Below are positions 1 through 11,089 of a stretch of DNA of 64,000 nt, piece by piece. The position numbers were made by a program, and so were the translations under genes. Each line of letters starts with the position of its first letter. Position 1 is the stretch's first letter. Source of the stretch: Octopus vulgaris (Eukaryota); contig OX597825.1 of assembly GCA_951406725.2 (NCBI GenBank), positions 34,844,001 to 34,908,000 of the forward strand, read 5' to 3'. The notes beneath the pieces were generated by a model. It was not told the origin of the DNA and searched no databases. It saw nothing but the letters and a program-made list of their open reading frames with translations.

Positions 1-32
1 AATAGAGAGCAGTTGCCATATTTCATTCTATA

Positions 33-128
33 TAGGCTACCTCTGATGAGTGCAGGGTTACATAATCAAATTTTTACCTTACACTGTTGAATCCCTAGCA
101 CAAAACCACTTGGTAAGATTTGGCTGTA
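33..128 (+). ncRNA. Degenerate type-I hammerhead ribozyme motif (Penelope-like pLTR remnant), probably inactive
   Basis: CTGATGA at 43-49; stem II GTGC-AGGG/CCCT-a-GCAC; AAAA in place of GAAA at 102-105; stem III ACCA/TGGT; GTA triplet; imperfect stem I. Confidence 0.45.
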
Positions 129-155
129 ATGGATATATAATACTGTACATTTTGG

Positions 156-203
<48 letters not shown>

Positions 204-206
<3 letters not shown>

Positions 207-222
207 TATATAAAATCCGTTC

Positions 223-255
<33 letters not shown>

Positions 256-585
256 CTTCTAGGATCTCAGACATCCTCCATCCGATTGCACTCAAATTTG
301 ATATGTAGATACTGACCGTATCAGGGTGTGTATAAGTCTTGAAAAAATTACAAACATTGATTCCAGGTGAGAATGTGATTGATAAAGCCATGGGAAATCG
401 TTTTTCTTTGGAATAAATAAAAAGTCTATCTTTATTTCTTCTTTTGCTGGAGTCTCAAATTTAGGTTAAATCAGTGTTTCTCAAAGGAGAGGCATATGGG
501 ATGGTCGGACAAGTTGTTTTGAGAAAATATGGTTTAAATGTTTGACAACTCTGCACCTTCCATTGGACAGGGGGCGTTTTGCTTG
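204..585 (+). mobile_element. Helitron-like non-autonomous element, 5' part
   Basis: A|TCTTATATAAAA start inside (AT)n, followed by a (TG)n tract. 3' end not resolved. Confidence 0.4.
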
Positions 586-588
586 TAT

Positions 589-675
<87 letters not shown>

Positions 676-1180
676 TATTATAAAAGGCAGATTTTATCTG
701 CCTCCCTTTGGGAGTTATACAAATCTACAATATAGGATTTCTTCAATTACAATTTACCTTGCATTTTTAAGAGTACAATGCATCGCGTCATGCCAGGTCC
801 AGTTTTTAAAATTTAAACTCCAATTAAGCAAAATTTACAGAAAACTCACATTCTGGTGTGTGTGTCAAATGCTTTTCTTAGTCTGGTTTACACCACACGC
901 AAACGCACACACACAGTGGGCAACGAATAAAATGAAAGTAATTGACTTACTGTAGTGAGTGATTCTTTCACTCTGCCTCCCACTTCCTCTTTCAACACAT
1001 AAACACGCAAATATATAAATAAAATTGTAAGCTAACGTGCGTGTGTGTGAGTGGGTGTGTGTGGGTGTGCGCGTGTGTGTGTGTGTGAGGGTGCGTGTGT
1101 GTGTGTGTGTGTGCGTGTGCGTGAGTGTGTGACAGGAAAGTTTTTTACGACGAATATAACACCTATATCCAAGTAGCAGA

Positions 1181-1662
1181 AAGATAAGACAGTAAGGTGT
1201 GATTTGAGGGAGATTTGGCTGCTATTTCTACCATGTCTAGCTGCCATGTAGGGGTCTCCCTCATAGGCTCATACATACATATATACATAGATAAGACAGT
1301 AAGGTGTGATTTGGGGGAAATTTGGCTGCTATTTCTACCAGGTCTAGCTGCCATGTAGGGGTCTCCCTCATAGGCTCATACATACATATATACATAGATA
1401 AGACAGTAAGGTGTGATTTGGGGGAAATTTGGCTGCTATTTCTACCAGGTCTAGCTGCCATGTAGGGGTCTCCCTCATAGGCTCATACATACATATATAC
1501 ATAGATAAGACAGTAAGGTGTGATTTGGGGGAAATTTGGCTGCTATTTCTACCAGGTCTAGCTACCATGTAGAGGTCCCCCTCATTGGCTCATATATATA
1601 TACATACATAAGACAGTAAGGTGTGATTTGAGGGAGATTTGGCTGCTGTTTCTACCAGGTCT
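1181..1662. repeat. 107-bp tandem repeat, about 4.5 copies
   Basis: Unit agataagacagtaaggtgtgatttgggggaaatttggctgctatttctaccaggtctagctgccatgtaggggtctccctcataggctcatacatacatatatacat; equivalent positions at 1261, 1368 and 1475. Confidence 0.9.
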
Positions 1663-2027
1663 GTTAGGCCTTCTCATGTAAACTCAAGCTTTCTCATGCC
1701 TTGAACATAAGACCAAAGCAGAGAATGTATTCTTTTATTCTTCTGCTTTTTCCAGCCATTGGTCTGTGGCCATGCTGGGGCAATGCCTTGAAGAATTGTA
1801 GTTTAATGAATCAACTCCAGTTTTATTTTTGTAAGCATTGTACTTATTCTATCTGTTTCCTTTGTCAAACCACTAGGTGACAGGGATGTAAACAAACCAA
1901 CATTCATTGTCAAGCAGTGGTGGAGGACAATCACAAGCACAGACACGCACACACACACACATACATGCATACACATATACACACATACATACATACATAC
2001 ATATATATATATGTGTGTATATATATA

Positions 2028-2350
2028 TTGCAGCCTGGAAGGTGTTTGTAAGCCATTTAAGAAACACACAAAAACCGTTACATTCACTTCAACATTTAAA
2101 TTTAATTTGCCAAAATATTTTCGTCGCTTTGAGACCGCGACCTGTTCACTGACAAAAATATCGTGCTAACAGGTCGCGGTCTCAAAGTGACGAAAATATT
2201 TTGACAAATTAAATTTAAATGTTGAAGTGAATCTAACGGTTTTGGTGTGTTTCTTAAATGGCTTATAAACACCTTCAACGCTGCAACTGTTTTCGTTCCA
2301 GCACACGATCTCAGATCAAGTCACTTGCTATGCAAGTACATCTCTGTAAC
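2028..2350. mobile_element. Penelope-like pseudo-LTR with inverted duplication (119-bp arms 2028-2146 and 2168-2286)
   Basis: Near-perfect inverted repeat with a 21-nt spacer, inserted in (AT)n, containing a minimal hammerhead motif typical of PLE pLTRs. Confidence 0.7.
2106..2156 (-). ncRNA. Minimal type-I hammerhead ribozyme, G3:C8 core variant
   Basis: Minus strand reads TTTGTCA GTGAACA G GTCGC-ggtctcaaa-GCGAC GAA AATATT T TGGCAAA: 7-bp stem I, 5-bp stem II, palindromic stem III, UUU triplet. Confidence 0.65.
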
Positions 2351-2442
2351 TATATATATATATATATATATATGTATATTGGTAAAAACAGTAAGATAAC
2401 AAAAGAAAGAAAGAGACCTCAATATTATGTAAATAGAGGAAA

Positions 2443-2819
2443 TCTTTATATATAAAAGTGAGGTTGTGTGTCTGTCTCCTACGATTTAGATTCCTAACTA
2501 CTCCCACATTTTGCAGTGCAGTTTAACCAAAACCGGGTATCATATAGTCGTGATTCATATCGAGACCGTCTGGGTATTAGCGCGCGTCTACGATGAGTCT
2601 ACGATTTAAAAAAAAATTTACCATCAATTTTTCCCATTTTTAATAGAGAAGTAACTCTCTAAAATTTATTATTAAATCTCAGAACGTAAAAAGCTACAGT
2701 AACACCCCTCCCCCTTTGTGGTTAGCCATATTGAGATGGCTATTATACTTTACATCTCTAAAAATGCTTATATAATTATTTCCCTTACAAACCCGAGCAA
2801 CACCGGGCGATACTGCTAG
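2443..2819 (+). mobile_element. Complete non-autonomous Helitron
   Basis: 5' TCTTTATATATAAAAG; 3' hairpin cccgagcaacaccggg (2792-2807) followed by CTAG; inserted between A2442 and T2820 with no TSD. Confidence 0.85.
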
Positions 2820-2820
2820 T

Positions 2821-2893
2821 ATATATATATATATATATATATATATTGTACGTTTTGGATTTTATATATATATATATATATTGTACGTTTTGG

Positions 2894-2929
<36 letters not shown>

Positions 2930-3076
2930 ACGTTTTGGATAATATATATATATATATATATATATTGTACGTTTTGGATAATATATATATATATATATAT
3001 ATTGTACGTTTTGGATAATATATATATATATATATATATTGTACGTTTTGGATAATATATATATACATATATATAT
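2821..3076. repeat. Compound minisatellite [ttgtacgttttggata(at)n], about 6 copies
   Basis: Fixed 16-mer separated by variable-length (AT)n tracts. Confidence 0.9.
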
Positions 3077-3420
3077 GGCAGTGCCCCAGCATGGTCACAG
3101 CTCATGAGCTGAAACTAGAATCAATCAATCATATATATATACATATATATACACACACACACATACATGATACATATATACCTGTGTATGTGTGTATGTG
3201 TGTATCCTCGTCTTGACATCATGTGATGATGTAATGGTTGTAAAAAAACTTCATCATTGTCATACGATCAATGTTGTTTCATGAAAAACATGTATCACCA
3301 TGTGGAAATATTACTTTGCTTGAAAAAGAAGTGAGGGTTGATAACAAGAAAGGCATGTTGACCATGAAAAAGCGGAAATCAGATGTTATTGAGATAAATA
3401 TTTTTTGTTTACTGTTACAG

Positions 3421-3614
3421 GTATATTGATTTGTGAAGCTGGGTGTGTTCTGGAATATCTAGAAAATTATATTAATCAACACCACCTAACCATGCCTCTT
3501 GATCTTGGAGCTAAAGGAAGCTGCCAAATTGGAGGAAATCTTGCTACCAATGCTGGTGGAATCCGTTTTTTAAGACATGGATCCCTACATGGCAATGTTC
3601 TTGGATTAGAAGTG
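3421..3614 (+). CDS. D2HGDH: D-2-hydroxyglutarate dehydrogenase, internal exon (FAD-binding domain); upstream exons outside window
   Basis: ttacag| acceptor and |gtatat donor, 194 nt. Encodes [65 protein letters not shown], matching the D2HGDH/Dld2 motif [23 protein letters not shown]. Confidence 0.95.
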
Positions 3615-4236
3615 GTATATATATATTTTTTCATCTTCCTATTTATGTTAATTTTCTTCTATATTAAAATGGATGCAATGGTTTTTACTGGATTAATTGT
3701 TTTCGTGGTTAGATAATTTTTTTACCTGCAACGGTCTTGCTTTGAAATAGAAAGGGGAAACTATCTATTTTTATCAATGCAGCAATGTGTCAAAGGACAC
3801 AAACAGTTATCTCCCGTTTTTACTCTCAGGCAAAGGGCAAGGGTTTGAAATGGCAATTGAACTAAGGAAAACTCCCCTGTGAACTGATAGTTGATGCACA
3901 TGTATGTATGTGCCTGTGTGTGTGTGTGATGTATATGTAACATTTGTTCAATGTCTTTTTCCATACTAGCATAGTTTGGATGAGAACTGATTTTGTGGCA
4001 GGATATGGTTGGATGCCCTTCAAGTCAGAAACCCATATCTAATATTCAAGTAAGGGATTCTTACATTCAATGGATCTTTGACAGTGTATAGTGACTGGTC
4101 AAAATCTCTAGATGGAATGTGAAATATGCAACCACTTATTCAATAGTGCAATTGAGTAAGCTATACAGTTGATCAAACAACTAGATTATTCATCATTAAA
4201 ACTAATGTGGAGTCCATTTACATTGTTTTATGCATA

Positions 4237-4757
4237 CCGTAAATCCTCGAGTATAGTCTGCTCTTGAGTATAATATGCAGGGGAATTTTAGGGAGCTGTA
4301 CCTCTGAAAAACCTAAACCTTGTGTATAATACGCACCCCTTCTCTAACTGGAGTCGTGCGTAATTAAGCCAGCAGCACCTAGTTGAACAAACACTTCCAC
4401 ACATGCGTAATACAGTAATGGTGATGTTCTTAACTGTTATATGGGAATGTAAATATGTTTGCAAATTGTTTTTGTTACATGTTATTCTGTGTTCTGAATA
4501 CTTTTATTTTAATAAATGTTGCTTACTGCAAGTTATGGATGATTCTTTTGACTTCATTGCTGTCAGGCTTAGCTTAAGGTATTTTCGCGCCCGACATCAC
4601 AAAATGCATCTGAATAAACATTGCCTGACAGCAAATAGAGACTTGGACATTGCTTAGAAATTATTTTTCATTTTTAACCTCGTATGTAGTACGCACTAGG
4701 GATTTTGACCTTTAAACTTTGGAAAAAAGAAAGCGGATTATACTTGAGGATTTACGA
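4237..4757. mobile_element. Tc2/pogo-like MITE
   Basis: TIRs ccgtaaatcctcgagtatagtc and gattatacttgaggatttacga; TA on both flanks. Confidence 0.8.
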
Positions 4758-4886
4758 TATATATCTTGACATTTGTCTTTACATTACGCCACATATGGCT
4801 TGTATGTTGTATAAAAAGTAATTACTCCTTTTTTATATTACCTATCTATTTTACATTTATATTTCTTTTTTTTTATTCATTAACAG

Positions 4887-5055
4887 GTATTAGCAGATGG
4901 CAGAGTTCTAGACTGCATGAACTCTTTGAAGAAAAACAACACTGGATACGATTTAAAACAGCTCTTCATTGGTTCAGAAGGAACTTTGGGTATAATTACC
5001 AAAGTCTCCATCTCTTGTCCACAGAAACCCAATAATGTTAATGTTGCACTTTTAG
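4887..5055 (+). CDS. D2HGDH: D2HGDH internal exon
   Basis: taacag| ... G|gtaaat, 169 nt, phase 0 to 1. [56 protein letters not shown]; in frame with neighbouring exons. Confidence 0.95.
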
Positions 5056-5378
5056 GTAAATATATATTCTCTTATTCTTATACTTGTTTCATCATTTCCC
5101 TGCAAGCTAGCATTATTTTATTGCTTAGTACTTATTTTATTATTAAAGGTTAAGCTACAAGTTTTTGACATAAGTTTATACAGGTAAACATAAGCATAGA
5201 TTTAGGCACAGAGTCTCTCTCTCTCTCTCACACACATGCATACATGCACACACACATGCATACATGCACACACACATGCATACATGCACACACACATGCA
5301 TACATGCACACACACATGCATACATGCACACACACACATGCACACACACTCACCCGCACATGCACGCACACACGCGCG

Positions 5379-5416
<38 letters not shown>

Positions 5417-6601
5417 AGTGCATGTATTTGGGTCTAAAAATCATCATCACCATTTAATATACATGTTCCATGCTGGCATGGGTTGTAGAATTTGACAGGA
5501 CTTGATGTGTCCTAGAAGTGCTTCTAACCTCAGTGTTTTCAATTAATAAAGTTTTGTTTGAGCCGAGCTATGTGCATCTGAATTTAAAGGTTAAAAATCG
5601 CAAGAACTTTCTTGACAACCTAATATACAGAGAAATTGCTGTCTTAATGAAATTATTTTGATTGTGGCTTATTTTAATACAGTATTTATTTTCTTAAATG
5701 TTTATCTGAGTAGTAGAATCCTACGCATGCATGAAACATCAGACGAAAGTGAAACTTTACAAGCAAATCAAAATATTGCCTAGAAACGACCTCAAAATTG
5801 TGCCAAAGACATAGTTTATTATAATACAAATGTAATTAATTTGGAGAAACATTACTTTCATTATTCGCGCATCGTTACTCTCATAATGCACTTTGTAATT
5901 TTGGTTCAAATTGAAAGTGTGAAACTATTTTCACTTTCTAATGAATCCTGGTTGTGTAGAGCAGTGAATTTCAAATAACTATAGCTGGTTGTTGAGATAA
6001 TGTAAAAAATATGTAAATGAAATAAAGTTTATTTGGTAGCTAAAAGATTACCGAATGTTTTGATACCTCATAAGTCAGAATTGGCAAATCAGTTTTCTCT
6101 ATGCATGTGTGAAACATTGGATGAAAGTGAAACATCAGAAGCAAATCGAAATATTGCCTGAAAATGACCTTAAAATAGTGCGATCCAACCTCGTTTCCAA
6201 GATTATTTTAGTAGTAAAAAAGAGATGTTGTGCTAAAATAATGGTTTATTTGGTAGACAGCTGATAAGCAGCTTTCTTTATTATAGTACAGATGTAACTA
6301 ATTCAGAGAAACATTACTTTCATTATTGTTTTATATGGATGTATGTGTGTGGGTATGTGAATGTTTGTATCTCCTTGACTTGACACCAAATGAGAGTTGT
6401 AAAATGATTGTCCCTGTCATATATGCAGTGTTTTTCATTTCCAGTATTCGTTGAGAGCCTGTCAAACAATGGGAAAATATTACCTTTCTTAGAATCAGGT
6501 GAGGGTTGGCAACAGAAAGGGTATCTGGTTGTAGAAAATGTGCCACAACAAATTCCATCCAGTGTCTGTGAGCATGGAAAAGTGGGTGTTAAAATGATGG
6601 C

Positions 6602-6852
6602 AGGTGGCATGTGAAAAAAACACCATTTGAGTGTGGCCGTTGCCAGTTTTGCCTGATTGGCCCTCGTGCTGGTGGCACATAAAAGCACCCACTACACTCT
6701 CGGAGTGGTTGGCGTTAGGAAGGGCATCCAGCTGTAGAAACTTTACCAGATCAGATTGGAGCCTGGTGCAGCCATCTGGTTCACCAGTCCTCAGTCAAGT
6801 CATCCAACCCATGCTAGCATGGAAAACGGACGGTAAACAATGATGATGATAT
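6602..6852 (+). mobile_element. SINE/LINE-tail repeat ending in (GAT)n; related copies at about 29100-29355, 38107-38260, 38377-38515 and 46240-46516
   Basis: gagtggttggcgttaggaagggcatccagctgtagaaac...catgctagcatggaaaacggacg...gatgatgat recurs several times in the window. Confidence 0.7.
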
Positions 6853-6924
6853 ATCCATAAATCATCATCATCATTTAACATCCATTTTCCATATATTATC
6901 TTATATATTACCTTATATCCCCTA

Positions 6925-7260
6925 CTTGTTTCCATCATTAGACTGGGGCCATGCTGGGGCACCACCTTGAAGAATCATAGTCAAACTTATCGACCCCAGT
7001 ACTTATTTTTTTGTAAAGCCTGGGACTTATTCTTTTGGTCTCTTTTGCTGAACTGCTAAGTTACGAGATCATAAACACAGCAACACCATTGTCAAGCATT
7101 GTTAGGGGACAAACACACACACACATATATGATGGGCATCATTCAGTTTCCATGAACCAAATCCACTCACAAGGCTTTAGTTGGCCCAGGCTATATTAGA
7201 AGAAACTTACCCAAACTGCCACATAGTGAGGCTGAATCCGGAACCATATAGTTGAGAAGC
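6925..7260 (-). mobile_element. Older copy of the tRNA-derived SINE family seen at 32269
   Basis: Reverse-complement similarity to 32269-32680. Confidence 0.7.
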
Positions 7261-7973
7261 AAAATATAAATTTAAGCACATTTCTCTTTTAAATTCAAAT
7301 TCAGATATCAATAAACCAATGTCTGTGACATTTCCTAAATGCAGGGACCAGCAGCAGCAGCTTTTTGATATGGATGAGTTTTCAATTTTTTTACATTTTC
7401 TCATGGCTCACATGTATGTTATATCTTACATATAAAAATATCGTCATCAGTCATGGGCAGACTGCAGCCTGAGTGGATTTTCTGAATGAGGCACCTAATG
7501 AAAAATTACTTACAGTCTTTTTCAAGCTGTGTGCCTAATGATGGACCATGTCTCATGCAGTCTGTTTCTCTGTAAAGGATGTCCATATTCTGGGTACTCT
7601 GATCTGCACATATTTTCCAGTTTCCATCACTGGCAATGTTTATGAAAGTGAAAATTAAACAAATCATGATACAAAACACCAAAAGCCATCAATTTCTCCA
7701 TCGCAAACAAATACATTGTATTAAAATTTTTTTAGGAGAGCTCCAACTCTTGCAGAGAACTCCTAAGGGGCCCACATATACTGATCTCTCTCTTTTATGT
7801 ATGTATACATCTGGAAAAATATAATAAAAATTATCATGAACATAAATTAAATCTTGTAATATGCAAAGACAAAAAGATGTTCAGATATCTCTGGACACCT
7901 CATGGATGTCATATTCATGCATAAATATACGACCAAAAGCACTAAAAATTCTGTTGATTCATGTCTTTTTTAG

Positions 7974-8260
7974 GTTGCAACAGTTTTTCTGATGTCCTCA
8001 AAATATTTACCATTACAAAGCAAAAACTGGCTGAGATTCTTTCAGCTTTTGAGTTTATTGATGCTGAATCTATGAAAGTAGTGACACAGAACTTAAAACT
8101 CTCTTCTCCCATTGGTAAATATCCATTTTATGTATTAATCGAAACATCAGGTTCTAATGGCAACCATGACGAAGAGAAAATTAATGTCCTCTTGGAGGAT
8201 CTGATGCAAACTGGCACTGTCACTGATGGTACACTAGCTGGAGACATGACGCAAATGAAG
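7974..8260 (+). CDS. D2HGDH: D2HGDH internal exon
   Basis: ttttag| ... AAG|gtagat, 287 nt, phase 1 to 0. GCNSFSDVL...LAEILSAFEFIDAES...PFYVLIETSGSNGNHDEEK...VTDGTLAGDMTQMK. Confidence 0.95.
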
Positions 8261-9952
8261 GTAGATATTTTTTTTTTTTTAGTTATATTCTATTATTACT
8301 TCATTATGCAGTAAATAAAGAGAGTCCAGGGCCAGCAATTTTGAGTGGGCAAGTCGATTACATCAACCCCAGTGTTTGATTGATATTTATTTTATCAACC
8401 CTGAAGAGACGAAAGGCTAAGTCGACCTTAGTGGGGTTTGAACTTTGTGTTTATGTTTATCCCCATCACCATTCAGCAACTGGTGTTGGTTTCTTTATGT
8501 TCCATAAATTAATTGTTTGACAAAAGAAATAATAAAAATAAAAATGCAGTAGAATGAATAACCAAACTGAAAAACGGGAAAAGTACTGGGGTTGATTTGT
8601 TTGAATAAACCCTTCAAAACAGTGTCCCAACATGGCTGCAGTCCAATGATTGAAATAAGTAAAAGATATATATAAGACTACATTGTCCAATGTGTTGTTT
8701 CCTTATTTAAGATGATTGGATGTGATTTGAAGGAAATTTAAGTGCAATTTTTGGTAGTTTGAGCCATGATAAAGAGAGCTTCTCTCATTAGCTTAGGGTA
8801 AACTTGATTGTTGCTTAACCTTAGATCATCACTGATTAAACAAATCTATAATGAAATATCATATTATTCTTTTGTATACTCTATATAGCTCAATATAGCC
8901 TTTGTTTAAGAGAGTATAGTGTGATTTGAAGGTGATTTGATTGCTGTTTCCAGCAGGTCGAGTTGCTTTTGGGAAGCTCCCTTATTGGTTACCAAGATCC
9001 TATGACACATATTCATGTCACCTTGTAAGACAGCAATGCATTCTTTTGCATAATGTATTTGAATCCCGTCAAAGCTGACTTTGTTTTTTGTTTTTCTTGG
9101 TTGTAATCCAAAATACTTAGTAGCATTTCTTCCTGCTTTATATTCTATCTTCAGATTTTGCCAAGCTCAATTTTTACCTTTCATCCTTCCAGGGTTGATA
9201 AAAGAAAGACCAGTCAAGTATTGAGGTTCATGTGATTGACTAACATTGTCCACCAAAATTTCAGGCCTTGTGGCTATTGTAGTAAGGGTGGTGGTGGCTG
9301 CTGCTGCTGCTGCTGTTGTTGTTGTTGTTGTTATTAAGAAGGTGGTGAGCTTGCAGAATTACTAGCAAGTTAGGTAAAATACTTAACAGTATTTCATCCA
9401 TCTTTACATTCTGAGTTCAAATTGTGCTGAGGTTGACTTAGCCCCTTCCCCTGAACATGCTGGTCTTGTGCCAAAATTTGAAACCATTATTATTATCATC
9501 ATCATCATTAAGGCAGTACTTGCGTATTTTTCATATTCTTTTTGTGTCTTATTTTGATTAATTTTTGATAGATTTGATAAAATTAGTAGAACACCAGTAA
9601 GAAGGTCTGGTGGTATTTAATTACATCCCTTCTTAATGTCCTGGGTTCCATTCTTATCAGGGTTAGCTTCATGGCTCATCTTTCTAGTGACAGGTAAAAT
9701 AAAGTATCAGTTAAGTACTGGCATAATTAAACCCTCCCTCAAAATTTGTGGTTTACTGTGCAGTCAAGACTGTATACAAATAATTATGCTTTCCTTTTTT
9801 TAATTCAAATCTTACTGTGATTGACTTCAATTTTCATCCTTTTGAATATTAGAGTTGGTTTGATTGATAATACTCTCTCTTCTAAATTAGTAGCTTTGTG
9901 TCTATGTTTGAAATTTCAAATTTTTTTAATATATATATATTTTTTTTTCCAG

Positions 9953-10127
9953 AATTTATGGTGTCTTCGAGAAAGAATTTCAGAGAGTCTGTTGAAGGAT
10001 GGATATTGTTACAAATATGATTTATCTCTGTGTTTGTCAAAGTTTTATGATTTAGTGGTTGATGTCAGGAAACGGACTGCTCCGATTCCTAATACTCGGG
10101 TTGTAGGTTATGGACATGTTGGAGATA
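9953..10127 (+). CDS. D2HGDH: D2HGDH internal exon
   Basis: ttccag| ... GAT A|gtaagt, 175 nt, phase 0 to 1. [26 protein letters not shown]...VVGYGHVGD. Confidence 0.95.
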
Positions 10128-11089
10128 GTAAGTATGTTTGTTAAAATATTTTTAAAAATTTCTTTGAAACTTTGGAAATTTGTTAGAAAGAAAAGATTGT
10201 ATATTTTATACAGTCTCAGTATAGGTGGCTCATAGGTAATGAAATCTTATGACACCCAGAGCATTACAATATAGTTGTAGTCCCTCAATCACGTCTACGA
10301 GGGTAGTGACTCCAATTAAGAACCAATCTGGATAGGGATGGCCCATCTCACACATACTACTACAAAAAGTAAATGTAAAATGATGGTGTGGAGGATGAAC
10401 TGGGTGGTGAATTGTGAGAGAGATTTTGCATAAATAATAAGTGACTGATAAAATGCCTTGTGGTAATTAGTTGCATCTCTTTATGTTCTGAGTTTAAATC
10501 TTGCTAATGTCAACTTTGCCTTTCATCTTTCATGCAGTTGATAAAAGAAATACCAGTAATATACAGTAACTGAGTTAATTAATTGTTCCCTTCATCAAAA
10601 TTTGTGCCTGCATTAGCTATTGGTATTAATATTGATTTCAAATTTTGGCGCAAGTCCAGTAAGGTCAGGAGTGGTAAGTCGATTACATTGGCCCCAGAGT
10701 TCAACTGGTACCTATTTCATTGACTCCTGAAAGGATGAAAGGCAAAGTCGACTGTGGCGGAATTTGAACTCTGAATGTAAATATGGACGAAATGCTGCTA
10801 AGCATTTTGCCTGCTGTGCTAACGATTCTGCCACCTTGCCACCTTACTGTTGGTATAAATATTAAGAGCAATGAGTAGCAAAAACAATTGAGTGACAGTG
10901 TAAATGTCTTGCTCTATTGAGTTATGTCCCTTTATGTTCTGAATTAAACTCTGCTGGCGCTAACTTTACATTTAACGATGGACACAAAATAAATATCACG
11001 ATTGAGGATAAGAAGTTTGCTTCTCAATCATACTGTTTCAGGTATGATCCCATAGTACGGTGTCATACTGTGGACAGATTTTGTGTAGT

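Noticed and set aside
2821-3076. CRISPR-like repeat/spacer pattern
   Set aside because: The spacers are only (AT)n, the context is eukaryotic and there are no cas genes.
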